NCBI GenBank assembly: GCA_000708835.1
Contig: DF236956.1
Coordinates: forward strand, 1-64,000
Length of the DNA stretch: 64,000 nucleotides
Direction: 5' to 3'
Origin: Klebsormidium nitens
Lineage: Eukaryota; Plantae; Klebsormidiophyceae
The stretch's first letter is position 1, and every line of letters starts with the position of its first letter. This document shows, in pieces, positions 22,966 to 35,630 of the stretch. The notes below the pieces were generated by a model. It made no database searches. It was not told the origin of the DNA and worked only from the letters and a program-made list of their open reading frames with translations. A program made the position numbers and the translations under genes.

Positions 22966-25900
22966 ATGTCTGAATTCCAAAGCCGACCAGCGGCCGATTC
23001 CTGGGATGCACAGGGGCCCCTGAGCCAACTAGACTGGGAACAGTTGATGCAATCCCCAAAGGAGAACACCAGCGTGCGCAAGCGCAACCGGCCAACCAGC
23101 TTCGACGTCGTGTCATTACAGTTTCCGGATGGGGGAAGCCAGTTCTCCTGGCCCGAGCAGTCATTGATTGGGGCAGGAGGGGACAATTTGGGGCAGCTCC
23201 TGGAGGGAGGAATTGATGCCTCTGGGCAATTGTTTGGGGGGTACGGCGAGCGGGTTGAATCGTTTCTGGCAGAAAGTTCGGACAGCGCAGCGGGAAACCC
23301 TAAAGCACTCACGTCCACATCGGAGAGCTCAGGACCGTTCACGGGGTTTGGGTCCTTCGGCGATGCGGCTAATTCTGCGCGCCAGACTTTGGACCCCCTT
23401 CCCCCAACGTCCGCGCCAGCTGTCGTGCCATTCAGCCGCCAGGTGTCGGACCCCCTGCCCAAGCCCTCACCAGCTGCCGCACAGCTGGCGCCGTCCCGCT
23501 CACAAAAAGTGATCTCCAAGTCAATGACCACAGAGGAGATTCACAAGGCGTACGCTCAGAGCTGGGGGGGCGCCCTCAAGGCCGGTCCCACCGGGGGGAC
23601 AACCATACAGAGACAGCCCTTGCAGGAGAAGCCCCCCGAAAAGTTGAAGCGCGAAGGGAGCAAGTCTGAGAGGTCAGCGAACGCCGCCAAGGCGCAAGCA
23701 GCGAGTATCATACGAGATCTGTTCCGGCGGCCGGGGGCGAAACGGCAGGCGGTGCCCCTTGAAGGGGGGCAGATTGGGGTCTTGGAACGGGGGTTCAGCC
23801 AGCTGTCGGCACAGCCAGTTCACCCCCCCGCTCGAAAGTCTCCCCCTTTTGGCGCCACCCCTGTTACATCTGGGTCCTCAGGGGAGAACGCTGTGTCCCC
23901 TGCAGGCTCGCAGAGCACGTCTTTCCCTCCTCAGGAGCCCCGTCCGGTCTTAAACACGCAAGCTGTGCCGCCCAGGGGATTGGGTGGAGCGCCAAGTGGC
24001 GGCGCGGGAGGGGTTGGAGTTCGGAGAGTGCCGAGGAGCCCGCCAGCCCCCGCGCCTAGTTCCGCAACCGACCTGGCTTCCCTGCAGCAAGAGGCCCAGG
24101 CGCTGCTCGCAGCGATGGGGGGGTCCGCCAGGCAGACAAAGGCCCCCCCTCCTGAGGCTAAACTTCCATCAAAGCCCGCAACATCGGCAGGGAAATCGGG
24201 CTCCAATTTCCAGAACAGGGGGTTCACAGATGATTCCCACGAGTGCCCCCTGCTGCGCGCGGTGCAGGTCGCGGGGTGCCAGGTGGCGCTTGCGTGTCCG
24301 GTTACGCTCGACGCCGGCCTTTTGGCTTATGATGCTTGGCAAAAGATCTCGGACGGGTGCCCGAACCCGCCGGAGGAGCTGCGGGTTCTGGGGAGGCAGG
24401 CGTCGTTGAATGTGTCGGGGTTGGACGATCTTGACAGCTTGGACTGGTTGCTGACGTCAGAGACTGGGGAGAAGGGGCTGGGGGACAGCGGGGGTGCTGC
24501 AGGTGAGGGCAAGAAAGAGAGTTTGTCAGGCATGCTGTTTATCAGCTTTCAAAATGCCTTGTGTGAATATATTCTGTGCTCCACAACAATCGCCCAATTT
24601 GTTTTTGTTGGCAGTGGTTTGGAGTGTGTGCTGCGCGAGTTTCGATGTAAGGGCCAGGTTGTTTCTGACATGCATATTGCAGGAAGTGCCCCCCTCTCTA
24701 ACATGCAGCTGCATATTGGCGGCATCTGATCTTGTAGAACCCTCTTCATAGCGCACTCAAGTGCCCATCTATGTGCTTGCTGTCATCGAGCTTGCAAGTC
24801 TCTTCACTTGAAAGAAAACCCCCCTGTGCCGCCTGTCCTCATTTTCTTCTTCGACGACGTCCGTTCATATGCATTCAGCAGACCATCCAATTCAGTTTTG
24901 GTTCCTTGCCAGGTGCTGTGCCAGACTTTGGTGCGGACTCCAGTCTCTGGGGCCAAGGTTTCTCGGACCTGCTCGCGGACGTTGGGAGGAGCGCCCGAGA
25001 GCCTCGAGCTGCGGGGCCAAGCACACAGTCAGCCGCTCCGGCGAAGTCAGCCGCAGGTGATTGACTTGGTTCTTCCCCACAAGTGCTTTTAGACGAAAAC
25101 CCGGCACTGCAGATTACGGAAATATTCTCTAATTGCAGAAAAGAGCATGAATCCCGACGGGGTTTTCCGGTTTCTTTCGACCCCTCTAGCCCGTCCAAGA
25201 GGAGTAGTTGCCGAATTGCTTGACTGAAGAATCGGGGCGCAATGGATTCTCCGCTCAAAACCTTCAGTACTCCTGGAATACTAGGTGCGCGATACCTGGA
25301 CACTATCAATTAGTTCTTTGACTCGAGTAGTGCTCGAAAGGTTTCTCCCACCTTTGAAGAGTGGGCGTCAAGGATTGACGGACGTTACTCAAAGTTGCTC
25401 GTTGCGACAAGGGTTTGTCCATTGACGTTGTCGAAAGGCAACGTCATCGGGGGTCTCTGCACGGTTCCACCCTAGATGTACGTGAATCACCTACGACTAG
25501 CTCAAACCCAGACAACTTCTGAGCACTGCTTATTGCACGTCACCCAAACAGGTCAGCAATTTCTATCGCAGACCCCGCCAAACCGTCCCCGACCCATCCG
25601 CTGCACCACCTGTGGGCGCAACTAGAGCCGGCGCAAGTTTCCGAGCCGCGGTTCCAGCCGTTCCGGGCGGCGTACCGGGAGGAGGTCCGCCGGTTGCGCG
25701 TCTGGGCGGCGACCTTCCTGGGCGAGGCGCTGCTGCCAGCGGTCGCCGAAACGCACTTCGTCTCGTGCAACACGGTGCCTAACTTGGGCGACCGGCACGT
25801 GCGGTGAGGCTTTAGTCTCAAGACTTCTACGACGTTGAAATTTGCTTTTTTGGCTTCCAAGGCAACCTTCCTGGGCGAGGCGCTGCTGCCGGCGGTCGCC

Positions 25901-28900
25901 GAGAGACACTTTCGTCTCGTGCAGCACGCTGCCCAACTTAGGCGATTGGCGCGTCCGGTGAGGCTTAAGTCACAGAGCTTCGCGAAATTGGAGTTTACTG
26001 GGTGAGGTTGCTGCCTCCTTCGCTGAGAGGCACTTCTTCGCGTGCGACTCGCTGCCGAACTTAGGCGATCGGCACGTGCGGTGAGGCTTTAGTGACAGAC
26101 TAACTGCGACGTCGGAGCTTCCTTTCTTTGGGTTTCTAAGGCGACCTTACTGGGTGAGGCGCTGCTGCCCGCAGTCGCCGAAACGCACTTCTTTGCGTGC
26201 AACGTGCTGCCGAACGTAGGCGACCGGCACGTGCGGTGAGGCTCACGAATCCTTCTTTTACGACATTGATTTAGAGATTTCAAAGTCTTTTTTGACTTTA
26301 AAGGCGACCTTACTGGGTGAGGTGTTGCTGCCGGCGGTCGCAGAGACGCACTTCCCCTTGTGCAACGAGTTGCCGAACTTGGACGACCGTATGTGCGGTG
26401 AAATCCATTTTTTCAGGTTCTCCCGAGCTAATTGGGGTTTGCACAACGACATTTCTGAGAGAGGTGTTACGAAAAGCAGTCGCTGAGGCACACATCTTCT
26501 CGTGCATTATGCTGCCAAACTTGAGCGAGAACCAGGATTCTGTTGATTTTCGGCCCCATCTCCTTTCCCTTCTTGCCACTGACCCGTATAAGCAATCAAG
26601 CCACCCGGATGCACGGACGTAACCTGCATAAGCACGCTTTGGCAATCGCCACGGCACATCGGTGTTAGGAATATCTTTATAAGCCGGACCGTTGCTGACG
26701 TCAACACGCTCTGATTGACGTTATCGCCTTTGCCCATCACAGGATGATGCGCACCAAGGGCAGGCTGTGAAGCGCGTTCATGGCGCACTCACTTCTGACG
26801 GCGAGCCCTACCGACGTCTATTTGCTGACGTCACCACGGCCTAGTACTGACATCATCGCCCTTATTGCTTGCAGGATGATGCTCACCAAGGGCATGCTCT
26901 GGAGCGCCTTCGTGACCCACAGCCTGGTCACGGCGAGCCCTGCCGACATTTACTTTGCGCGGCACGACGGCCCCCAGGCGTACCGCGGGACCAACCCCGC
27001 GGGGCTGGACAACATGACGAGCGGCATGCAGCGCAAGTGCAAAAACATGTGCTTCGTAGCGGAAGATCTCAAGGTGGGTTACGGAGGGTTTGGAGGTTTG
27101 AGATCATAGATTGCGCGGTTTTGGGTTCCGCACTTTTCCGAGGTTTGCGTGGCTGGAACTTTTGCTTGAAGGGTTGAGGGGTCCACCGTCGCTGGAAGAT
27201 AGTCATTGTGCAATTGGAGTGGAGGGTACCCTGTAACGGAAGCGGAGTGAAAAGTTACGGCTCCAAATTTGCCTACCGCAGTGGATGCATGAAGAAGCCA
27301 ATGTTGTCCTTCCTCTTATACCTCTTACTCTTTGGCGCGATATGGGCGATTATCCCAAACTTGCCACCTGTCGCCACAGGACGAGTCCACGTACGGCCCC
27401 GAGATCTTCCGCACGTACGGCGCCCTCCACAAATCGGTCGGCCTCACTCAACCCCCGCCCCCCCCCGGTTACGCGTGCCAGCAGATCACCTTCCCGGATT
27501 TAACCGACCCCAAACCCGGTCCCGTTAACCTAAACGACCCCCCGGAGGAGCTGATCGAGTTCGACGAGCCTCAAGTGATGACCAAGTGTTCGCCGACTGG
27601 CGGCATCTCGCCGTGGGGCATGTTTTGGTTAAATAAGAACCGGTTGTTGAGTACCGGGAAGGGGTTGAGGGACGCTGGCGAGCGCGCGCGCGGCGCGCTG
27701 CAGGGGCTGTTTGAGCGCACGATCGATGCCCACGTGGACAAGTTTGACGTCATGGCGACGGGGGCGGCGCCGGCGCTGGACAGGTGTGGGGATGGCTGCA
27801 TTCTTTTCTGGATTGAGTCCGCGTCGTTCAGGCTCTGTTTCTAGGGTTACTAGGAACAATTTACCAACGGTCTTTTGAAACCGTGCTTGAAAACTCGGAT
27901 TTTTACCTATGCTTAATCCGACTCCTCGACATTGCCTGCTCCGCGCCTGTACCCACCCAAACCCTCAAAAGTAATATTAGCCGTCCCAAGTTGGCAATTA
28001 TACTCTTCTACCGGTTACAATCTCTCAAATGAAGACCCATTCTTCCAGGTACCTCTCATGCGCCCGCTTCGACTGCGCTTGACGGGCCTACCGCTTACAA
28101 TCTCCAACTAAAACACTTTTCTCTCCCAGGTACCTCTACGCGCTTTTCGATCGCGGGTTGATGGTCAGTAACCAAACTAAAGATTTATTTGCCCAGGTAC
28201 CTTTCGTATGCGCGCTTCGATTGCGGGTTAATGGTGGGTATGGGCCTGGCGTTCTGCGCGTTCGGGCAGTCCCTCGCAGACGCCGGGCGCTGGGAGCCGA
28301 CTGTCGATGACGTGGAGCAGCTGTTCGAGGAGACTGCGACAGCGATGGAGCTTGCGGGAAACGTTGTCCGTATTACGAGTGATCTGCGGTGAGTAGAAGT
28401 ATTTTTACCTTTCCCTGCCCTTCTTGCGTTTGGTTTCCTCTTTCATTCTGCATGAGAGATTCGTTCAGGTTGACCATCCGTGTTTCTTTGGTCGCTTCTT
28501 CCAGAAGCTAACGTTATGGAGAGGGCCATGAGCTGGAAGCTCGATCTTGTGCGCTTCATGGGCCGACCTTTCCTCGAGGAAGTTTCGATATCTTGCTTCG
28601 CTTTCTTCGTCGTCAACACTTTTGTCTCAATTGCCTTTTCGTTCTTTTTAGCTTGTCTGTGGAGTTCGACCCCCTTCCTGTTCATTGTTTTTGGCTTCTT
28701 TGTGAGAATTGACCGCACTGGATGGCAAGGATTCGTTGGTTGAACTGTGAACCTGCATCTCGCTGTCTCTATTTGTTGAACGTCCATTGCTTGGTCCGTA
28801 TAGGGTAAGCTTCTCAGAAACGGCCGCAGCGCAGAGATTTCTGCTTCAAAGCCCCAGATCATTTTAAGCAGATGAACGGGGAGGCTTGGTCTGTATCGAG

Positions 28901-29612
28901 ATTTGCGTCGACCCTTTTATCATTCACTGGGTCGAGAGTGGGTGAATGTTCCGCTTGTGCACGTCATGAAGCCCTCGGCCAACTGTCAACTAAGAATAGG
29001 ATCCGCTTGGTAGATTACCTTGCCTCACTCACTTTCAGGGCGCACTAACCGACGCCCCACATTTTGCATTCGTCTTTTAACGCATGCTTTTAGCAACACC
29101 ATCAGGCATTAGCAACAGCGAAACTGCAAAGGAGCTACCTCGTCAACGGACTCAGGTACTCGCGTACAATGACGAACAGACCTTCTTCTCCCAGGATGTA
29201 CACGGTCGAAGTGGTGCACCTCCTACCGAACGCTCGCAACCTGGCAGGCGGCAAATGCAGCATTGCAAACAATAACTTCTCCATACGACCTGCTCATCTG
29301 CAAAAGCTGACCAAAAGACACTCTCTTCCTTACAGGACGTACCAAGCCGATCTGGTGCAGCTCCGGCCGAACGCGGTCGCGATCCGCATGCGCGAGGCGC
29401 ACTGCAGCCACAAGGAGGCGCTCGACTTCCTCGTCGAGCGCGCGGCGCGCGACATCGAGGCGCTCGGCGCCGAGATCAAGGCACACGCAGCTAAGGACCC
29501 GTTTGCGCACGCGTGCTGGCGGTTGCCCTTCGAGCTCTGCCGCGTCGGTGTGGCGATGTTCACGGTGCTTGGTGCGGAGGGCCGGGCTAAGGAGCTGTTC
29601 GAACTGGGTTAA
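22966..29612 (+). CDS. Low-complexity N-terminus plus a degenerate class I (microbial-type) terpene-synthase-like domain; 7 exons, ~994 aa
   Basis: Exons 22966-24502, 24913-25056, 25572-25803, 26875-27073, 27380-27783, 28197-28388, 29336-29612 are phase-compatible (2985 nt); an upstream exon is not excluded. TPS-like blocks: CNTVPNLGDRHVRMMLTKGMLWSAF, YLSYARFDCG, ITSDLRTYQAD…NAVAIRMREAHCSHKEALDFLV. Gene model confidence is higher than the family call. Confidence 0.6.
25860..26525 (+). repeat. Five tandem intronic copies (~125-160 bp period) of the exon-3 3' end, four retaining the donor
   Basis: GGCGAGGCGCTGCTGCC…GGCGACCGGCACGTGCG|GTGAGG recurs, with donors near 25957, 26081, 26236 and 26397. 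Confidence 0.9.
28040..28170 (+). repeat. Two intronic copies of the exon-6 acceptor of the TPS-like gene
   Basis: CCAGGTACCTCT…GCGC…TTCGA at ~28045 and ~28125 versus the true acceptor at 28195-28196. Similar acceptor copies lie at 26740-26830 and 29190-29250. Confidence 0.8.
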
Positions 29613-29735
29613 GGAGCTCGTTGACCTGGGTAAGGAGCTTCCTAAAAAGGGTTAAGGAGATGTCTGGAACGCGTTAAGGCGCTATTTGAAGCGGGTTAGG
29701 GAGCTATTTGAAACGCGTCAAGAAGGAGCTTTTTC
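29584..29735 (+). repeat. Short degenerate tandem repeat (~25-30 bp unit) derived from the last codons and stop of the TPS-like gene
   Basis: TAAGGAGCT…GGGT units repeated about 6 times across and after the stop codon. Confidence 0.7.
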
Positions 29736-31701
29736 GACGGCTTAAGAAGCTCGTGGGGACGAGCTAAGGAGCTTGTTGTCAATGTTGAATTGGGTGGTTG
29801 AGTTGGCTCGGCTTATGTGGAGCTTGACTGGAGGACAAATTCCTGGGTACTGCATAGGGTGTTTGTAAGATCCCGTACCTCCTTTACTATTGAGCGAAAC
29901 ATTCTTAGAGTGGATAGGGGGCTGGCGCGAACTCACCGAGCGTGGGTGTGCCATTTGAAGAGGGATTTTGGCACCATAATGCGTATGGTGCAAGATCGGG
30001 AATCGTCTGTTGGAGGTTGACACTTCATCTTTCATAATGTAGAAGTGGAAGGTTTAGGAGTGGGGTTGTATGAAATGTGGTTTTTAAAAGTGAAGGATAC
30101 GCGAGTCGTATGTACAAGGGTTACAGCTAGCTTGGCTACGTATGCGGCATCGTTTAACGTGTATGTAGTCAAGTGTCCCGCACAGTTGTCTAGCTTGGCG
30201 CAATGCCAAGATGGTTCCATTCTGATCAACCAACTTTTCTGTAAGTCCATCACTCAAAGCATCCAATTACGCTTTGTGAGACTGGGGTCAATACATTTCA
30301 TGTTGTGGCCAATCCAATCTGGTTGTCAGTAGCATCCTACAAGCCGCATGCCATTGCGGTGACAGGCTTGTTTTGCTATAGTAGCTAGCTTTTGTAACGC
30401 ATGTCTCTAATTATGGTCGTTTAAAGGCAGCCTGAGTTAGAGTTAAGGGATACACGTACTCATTCAAAGGTAGTAACCGTCGCTTTAAGTAATTTGCCAG
30501 TGCGCCCCCCGCGTAGATAACAACAGCAAAAAACATCAAGTTTGTGACATGTATCTAGGGACTCTTATCCAACATTGAAAGCTTATTTTGGTCCATGCAA
30601 CATGATGTGTGAAATGATGTGCGTAATGTGTTGATTCTCTACCAATGATACATTGAAGTTGCACATGATCTTCCAGGCAACTGAAACTACATGGTCCGAG
30701 ATCGGATGGCTGCAGATATCATTAACAATGTTGTGTATGGAACGATGGCTTTCATATCAAGCTAGGAAATCGTATTCGAAATTGGGCGGCGTACAATGAC
30801 GTACGGTTAGATTTTTGCGAGCTCTGATCCCTTTAGATGGCAATAAAGATTAGCTGAAGCTATTCAGAGCAAGGAGCTATAGCCAAGTTTATTCATGTAC
30901 GTATGCAGAGGAGCAAAGCAGCATAAGGTAAAGTAGACTAGAGATAGAGAACAATTTGTATACTACTATCATGCCTATCGTGGCCGCGAACGGACTCTAA
31001 GCCAAACGGACGGACTTTATTGACATGAGGTTTCAACCGTTGCCATGAACGAAACAACTACTTGGAGATGGTCACTCGTCTCTAATTTCTAAACATGAAT
31101 GATCAGATCATAGATACCAATTCTAGACGTCTTGAATTAGAACATAGTTGGGGCCGGTTTACCGGGTATGTACCATTATAGTAGGCAAAGCAGGCAAACT
31201 TAGCGGATTTAGACTGCCGTATTCATGCAAATTTCAAAGCCTGATTCTGAGGAGTCAGATATTCACATGTTGAAGAGCCAAGTGACGTCAGTTTGCCCTG
31301 CCTTCACCGAAGAGGAACAATTCGCTAAAGGCTCCCGGGGGTTTTTAATATTCTACCGGCATATCATCGCGCTACCCCGGGTGCTTGTTTTGGGTTCTTT
31401 GTGCCCCCGGGTAATTAATATACCCAGTTGAGCAGCCCGGTTCTGTACCCGGACTCGAACAGCTCGTCGATGGCCCGAAATTCTCTGAAAGCCCATGCAT
31501 ATGCCGCCCATCGCCGCGCCGACGCGGAACTGCAACCTTGCATACGTCACCGAATAAACACAGGTGGCAACGTCCAATCAGAAGGTCGAATTGAGATTGC
31601 CCCAATAAGGGTCCAGTCACAGGTGCATGCAACCCGAAGCAGCATTGCAAACTTGCGCACAAGGAATCTCACGCGAGCACGATTCTTCATCACGAGCTTC
31701 C

Positions 31702-31919
31702 CAGGGTTTCCCACGGACTTTTGTCCCGGCCGGCCAGCTGCCGGCGCCCCCCCGGTTCAGCCGGCTCGGTAGTCGGTCCTTGGCTGTACCGGCCAGCTGA
31801 GACTAGAGAGTGCCCGCAGTTTCTGCCGGCTAGCAGCCGGCTGGGTGCCTTCGGCACCGGCCGGAGTCCCATCTCGGCCGGCCAGGTCCAGGTTCTCTTG
31901 CCGGCTGTGGGAAACCCTG
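31702..31919. mobile_element. hAT-type MITE, copy 2 (218 bp), intact ends
   Basis: Perfect 13-bp TIR CAGGGTTTCCCAC/GTGGGAAACCCTG and exact 8-bp TSD GAGCTTCC (31694-31701 and 31920-31927). Confidence 0.92.
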
Positions 31920-32053
31920 GAGCTTCCTTCTCCTTCAATCGGTGCGTGCCCAGTCGTTCTCTCGCCCCCATTGCGCAAGTCAGCTCCAATTTCCCAAACT
32001 GAGAAGCTGAGCAATCGAGGAAGCCTCTCTTTCCTGCAGCATCGACAGCCACC

Positions 32054-34267
32054 ATGGATTCCTTGAAGAACCTCGCACATAAGGCCAAGGACAAGCTGAC
32101 CCCCGGCTCGCGCAGCAGTGACGAGCAGGGAGACTATGATAAGCAGCAGGGCACGGTGAGTTGCTTCGAACCCTTCATGTCCCATTCGTATCATGCTCTT
32201 TATGTTTGCTCAATGACCATGTCATGCATCCAAGAATCCCCAAATAAGGGGGTTCACTGGTGACAGCGCAACGCAATTGACGAAATCAATCTGTGTGGTG
32301 ATTCCTTTTTCAGACTCCTTTCAAGTTTAATCTCTGTTGGTGGCATTGGGAGCTGTTGATTGGCCTCAAGCGAAGGGCGACTGATATGAACGTCCAGATT
32401 CACAATCTGCCGACTGTCTTGGATCATGATGCATGCAGCACTCAATCTAAGACTTTCTAAGAAGTCACAGCTCCATCTAATTGGACATACGAGAGTCTTT
32501 TCAGCCCTTCGCTATGGAGCAATGCTGAATGCTTGACCTTCAGCATTTGCAACCGCCCCTTGCATTCATTTCGAAGAGCTTTTATTATGCTTGAGGAAGC
32601 CTTGAGGTCCAAGTCCCTCTTTGATGCAACTGAAAGAAGAAGGGTAACTCCTTCAGTTCTTAGTCTGGTCTCTCACTTGAATACGAGGAAGATGGGATTA
32701 ACATTATTGATTCTCTGATTTGCTCTACAATTGTGGGACTGCACAAGTGATCCCCATTGTAAGAGTATGAAGGTGCTGTTTCCTGCTTGATCATTGAAAA
32801 TGTGAAGTCCTGGCAGCCAGCTTTGCCAAAGACTGACAAACATTTTCCAGCAAAGGGAACAACAGATCGATCCTTTTTGCAAGTACTCGCATTTGTGCTC
32901 ACTTAATTTTGAATCACATTGCCTGAATTCAAACGTTCTTGAAAGTTCAGAACATATGTCATGACTTTTCTTCCATCTTTTCTAACTTCCAGCACCCATC
33001 AATGTGAAACTTTGCATGAAACTTTGCGGCAGGACCGTGATGACATCATCTCAAACTCTGTTGCATACAATGCAACAGCTTATTCACCAAAGTGTACTGA
33101 CTTTGAGTTCCTTCACAAGACTGCATCCTGGCATAAGATCCAGGCAACAGAGTGACTGCTTGGGCCTTTACTCCATTGGCTCCTAACTTTTCTTTGACGC
33201 AGCCTCAATAAATTCCACTTGTCTCGCCCACCCAATGAAATCAATGGAGATAACTCTCAAACTTTTGTTTTGCCAATCTCCGGATAAGACCCTATCTTGC
33301 TCTACTTGTGCAGGTTCCAACTGCTTGAACAGTAACCAGAGTCTGAGAGCTAGGTTTTGAGCTCACTAGTCTCTGAGGTCTGAAATACCGAGACATTGCT
33401 TCTATTTCAACTTTGAATTCATGACTCTGTCCTTGATACATTGACATCTAAACCAGTTTTTGTTTGTCGCAGGGCACTGGATATGGCAGCACCAACACTG
33501 GGTACCAGGGCACCCGCACCGACAGCGACACTGGCTATGGCAGCAAGACGACCGGTTATGGCGGTGACGACACCGGCTATGGCAGCAAGACAACCGGCTA
33601 TGCCGGCAGTGACGACACCGGTTATGGCAGCAAGACAACTGGCTATGGCGGCAGTGATGACTCCGCTTATGGCAAAAAGACCACCGGCTATGGCGGTGAC
33701 GACACCACGGCCACCGGTTATGGCGGCAGGACTACCGGCTCTGGTGGCGACGACACGACCGGTTATGGCGGCAGGACCACAGGTTATGGTGCTGACACCG
33801 ACGTTGGAGTCGGTGGCCGAGGCAGGAACGTCGACATCGACTCTGACATCGGCATCCCGTCAAAGTACGCAGGGTCCGACTCCGTGACTGGCGGCGACGA
33901 CACCGGCAGCGGCTATGGCACCAGGAAGACCGGCTATGGGGGCGACGACAACACCGACACCGGCTATGGCAGCAAGAAGACCGGTTATGGCGGCAGTGAC
34001 GACACCGGCTATGGCAGCAAGGGCTCTGGATACGGGGGCGATGACAACACTGGCACTGGTTATGGCGGCAGGACCACCGCTTATGGTGCTGACACTGAGA
34101 CCGGCCGTAGCGGCCGCGGCAATGCTGACGTCGATTCTGACATTGGCATCCCCGAGAAGTATGGAGGGTCTGACACTGTTCCTGGGGCCCAGTATGGTGG
34201 CAGTGGAGGCAGGCGGGGAGCGGGGGGATATGGTCGTGATGACGACACCACCGGTGATGACTATTGA
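32054..34267 (+). CDS. Gly/Thr/Asp-rich hydrophilin, dehydrin/LEA-like; 2 exons, 298 aa
   Basis: Exons 32054-32155 and 33473-34267 (phase 0). N-terminal LAHKAKDKLTPG resembles the dehydrin K-segment core; many TGYG(S/G)(K/R/D) repeats; no Cys or Trp. Confidence 0.75.
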
Positions 34268-35630
34268 ATAGGAATTTTGACCCTTGTCAAAAGACCCGTG
34301 CAGTATGTTTGTGTACATAGTTCAAGGATTCTTGAGAACTGAAGTGTCTTAAGTTTTTAACCATGTTTGGTCATGATAGACTCTATGAAAATACTAACCT
34401 TGTATGATGGTATGAGTAACCGTCCAGAAGGATTTTCGAAGGATCGAGCTGTTCTGGCCAGGTCTAAGCGAGCTACAAGAACAGTTCCTGGTCGGTGAAT
34501 TGCTCACAGGCTGGCCGCATGGGGCTTGGAGGTAGGACCAGGGCTGTTGTAGTCCTCAAAATGGACACAATGGACGTACTTTTAGCAAGGCATTGCCTTG
34601 AACTTGTCAGGTTTTGGTCAAGCTAATATTGATAAGGTTTTTCGTTTTGAGTTTTTTTCGTTTTTTCGTTGTTTCTTCACATATCGATCTGCATGTCTTC
34701 AAAGACACTTGTGTGCTGACTTCTGATAGAGAATTACTGAATTCAAGATACACCAATTGGCAATTTGCTGTGTTGGCCCTATGTGACGATTCAACATGAT
34801 GAATTGGCGCGAACGCAATGGTAGATTCCAGAGTATACTAGATGGATTGGACGTGAATCAAAACAAGCGCGAGTCAACATGAAAAGATACACGATCAGTC
34901 TAACGTAAGTTGTCGATCGCGTGAGTTGTAGCATGCATGTGTAAGCCGAGCCTGGACAATAACATGAAACTGCGCACGTATGTAATATATGCATGGCGTG
35001 ATCCATCATGTGCGCGCGGCAGCTTGGTGTAGGCCGTTGAGCTAGGCAACTGATATGTATGTCGATGGCAGGTGATTGGGCCGTGCAACTAAACGTGTGT
35101 CCAAGGCCGTGCATGCACATATAAGGTAGCAGGCTCGTGATCGGTTTTATGACTCTACTCAATCTGGCAATGATCCATGTGATTGATTGTTTCATCTGTG
35201 CGATATGTCCGACAATAGATTTGGGTGACGGTCGAACTTGAGCAGGCTGGCCCCGGCCAGCCCGTGCATTGAGACACGGATTCAGTATATATTGTTGCAA
35301 CGACTTCGTACATATGGCATCCGGCCTAAATAGAACTTGGCTGGCGAATGACGCTGCTATCCCCAAAAATAGTGTTTGACCAAACTTCCGGCCACAGCTT
35401 GCACACTGTGTGGACCTACCTATGATACTAATGTACCAATGCTTGCTTCAATACTCTGGACGGCGAAACCTGGCCCAACGCACGATTGCTTTCCGCTGTA
35501 ATTGCGTCTAGCATGAACTTTTTATATCAGTCCGCAACTCGAGAGACCGTTTTGGAAGCCTGCTGCGCGACTCTGGATCTTGCGGTCTGGAGGTAATCTG
35601 GAGGGATATCTGGATAAAGCTTGCTGGTAT

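Noticed and set aside
15913-26525. CRISPR-like appearance of regularly spaced repeats (15.9-16.3 kb, 25.9-26.5 kb)
   Set aside because: The units are diverged copies of adjacent exon ends in eukaryotic introns, with no constant repeat-spacer structure and no cas genes.
29750-31200. AT-richer intergenic block with short ORFs, possible transposon relic
   Set aside because: No TIR, TSD, LTR or recognisable protein motif found by eye.
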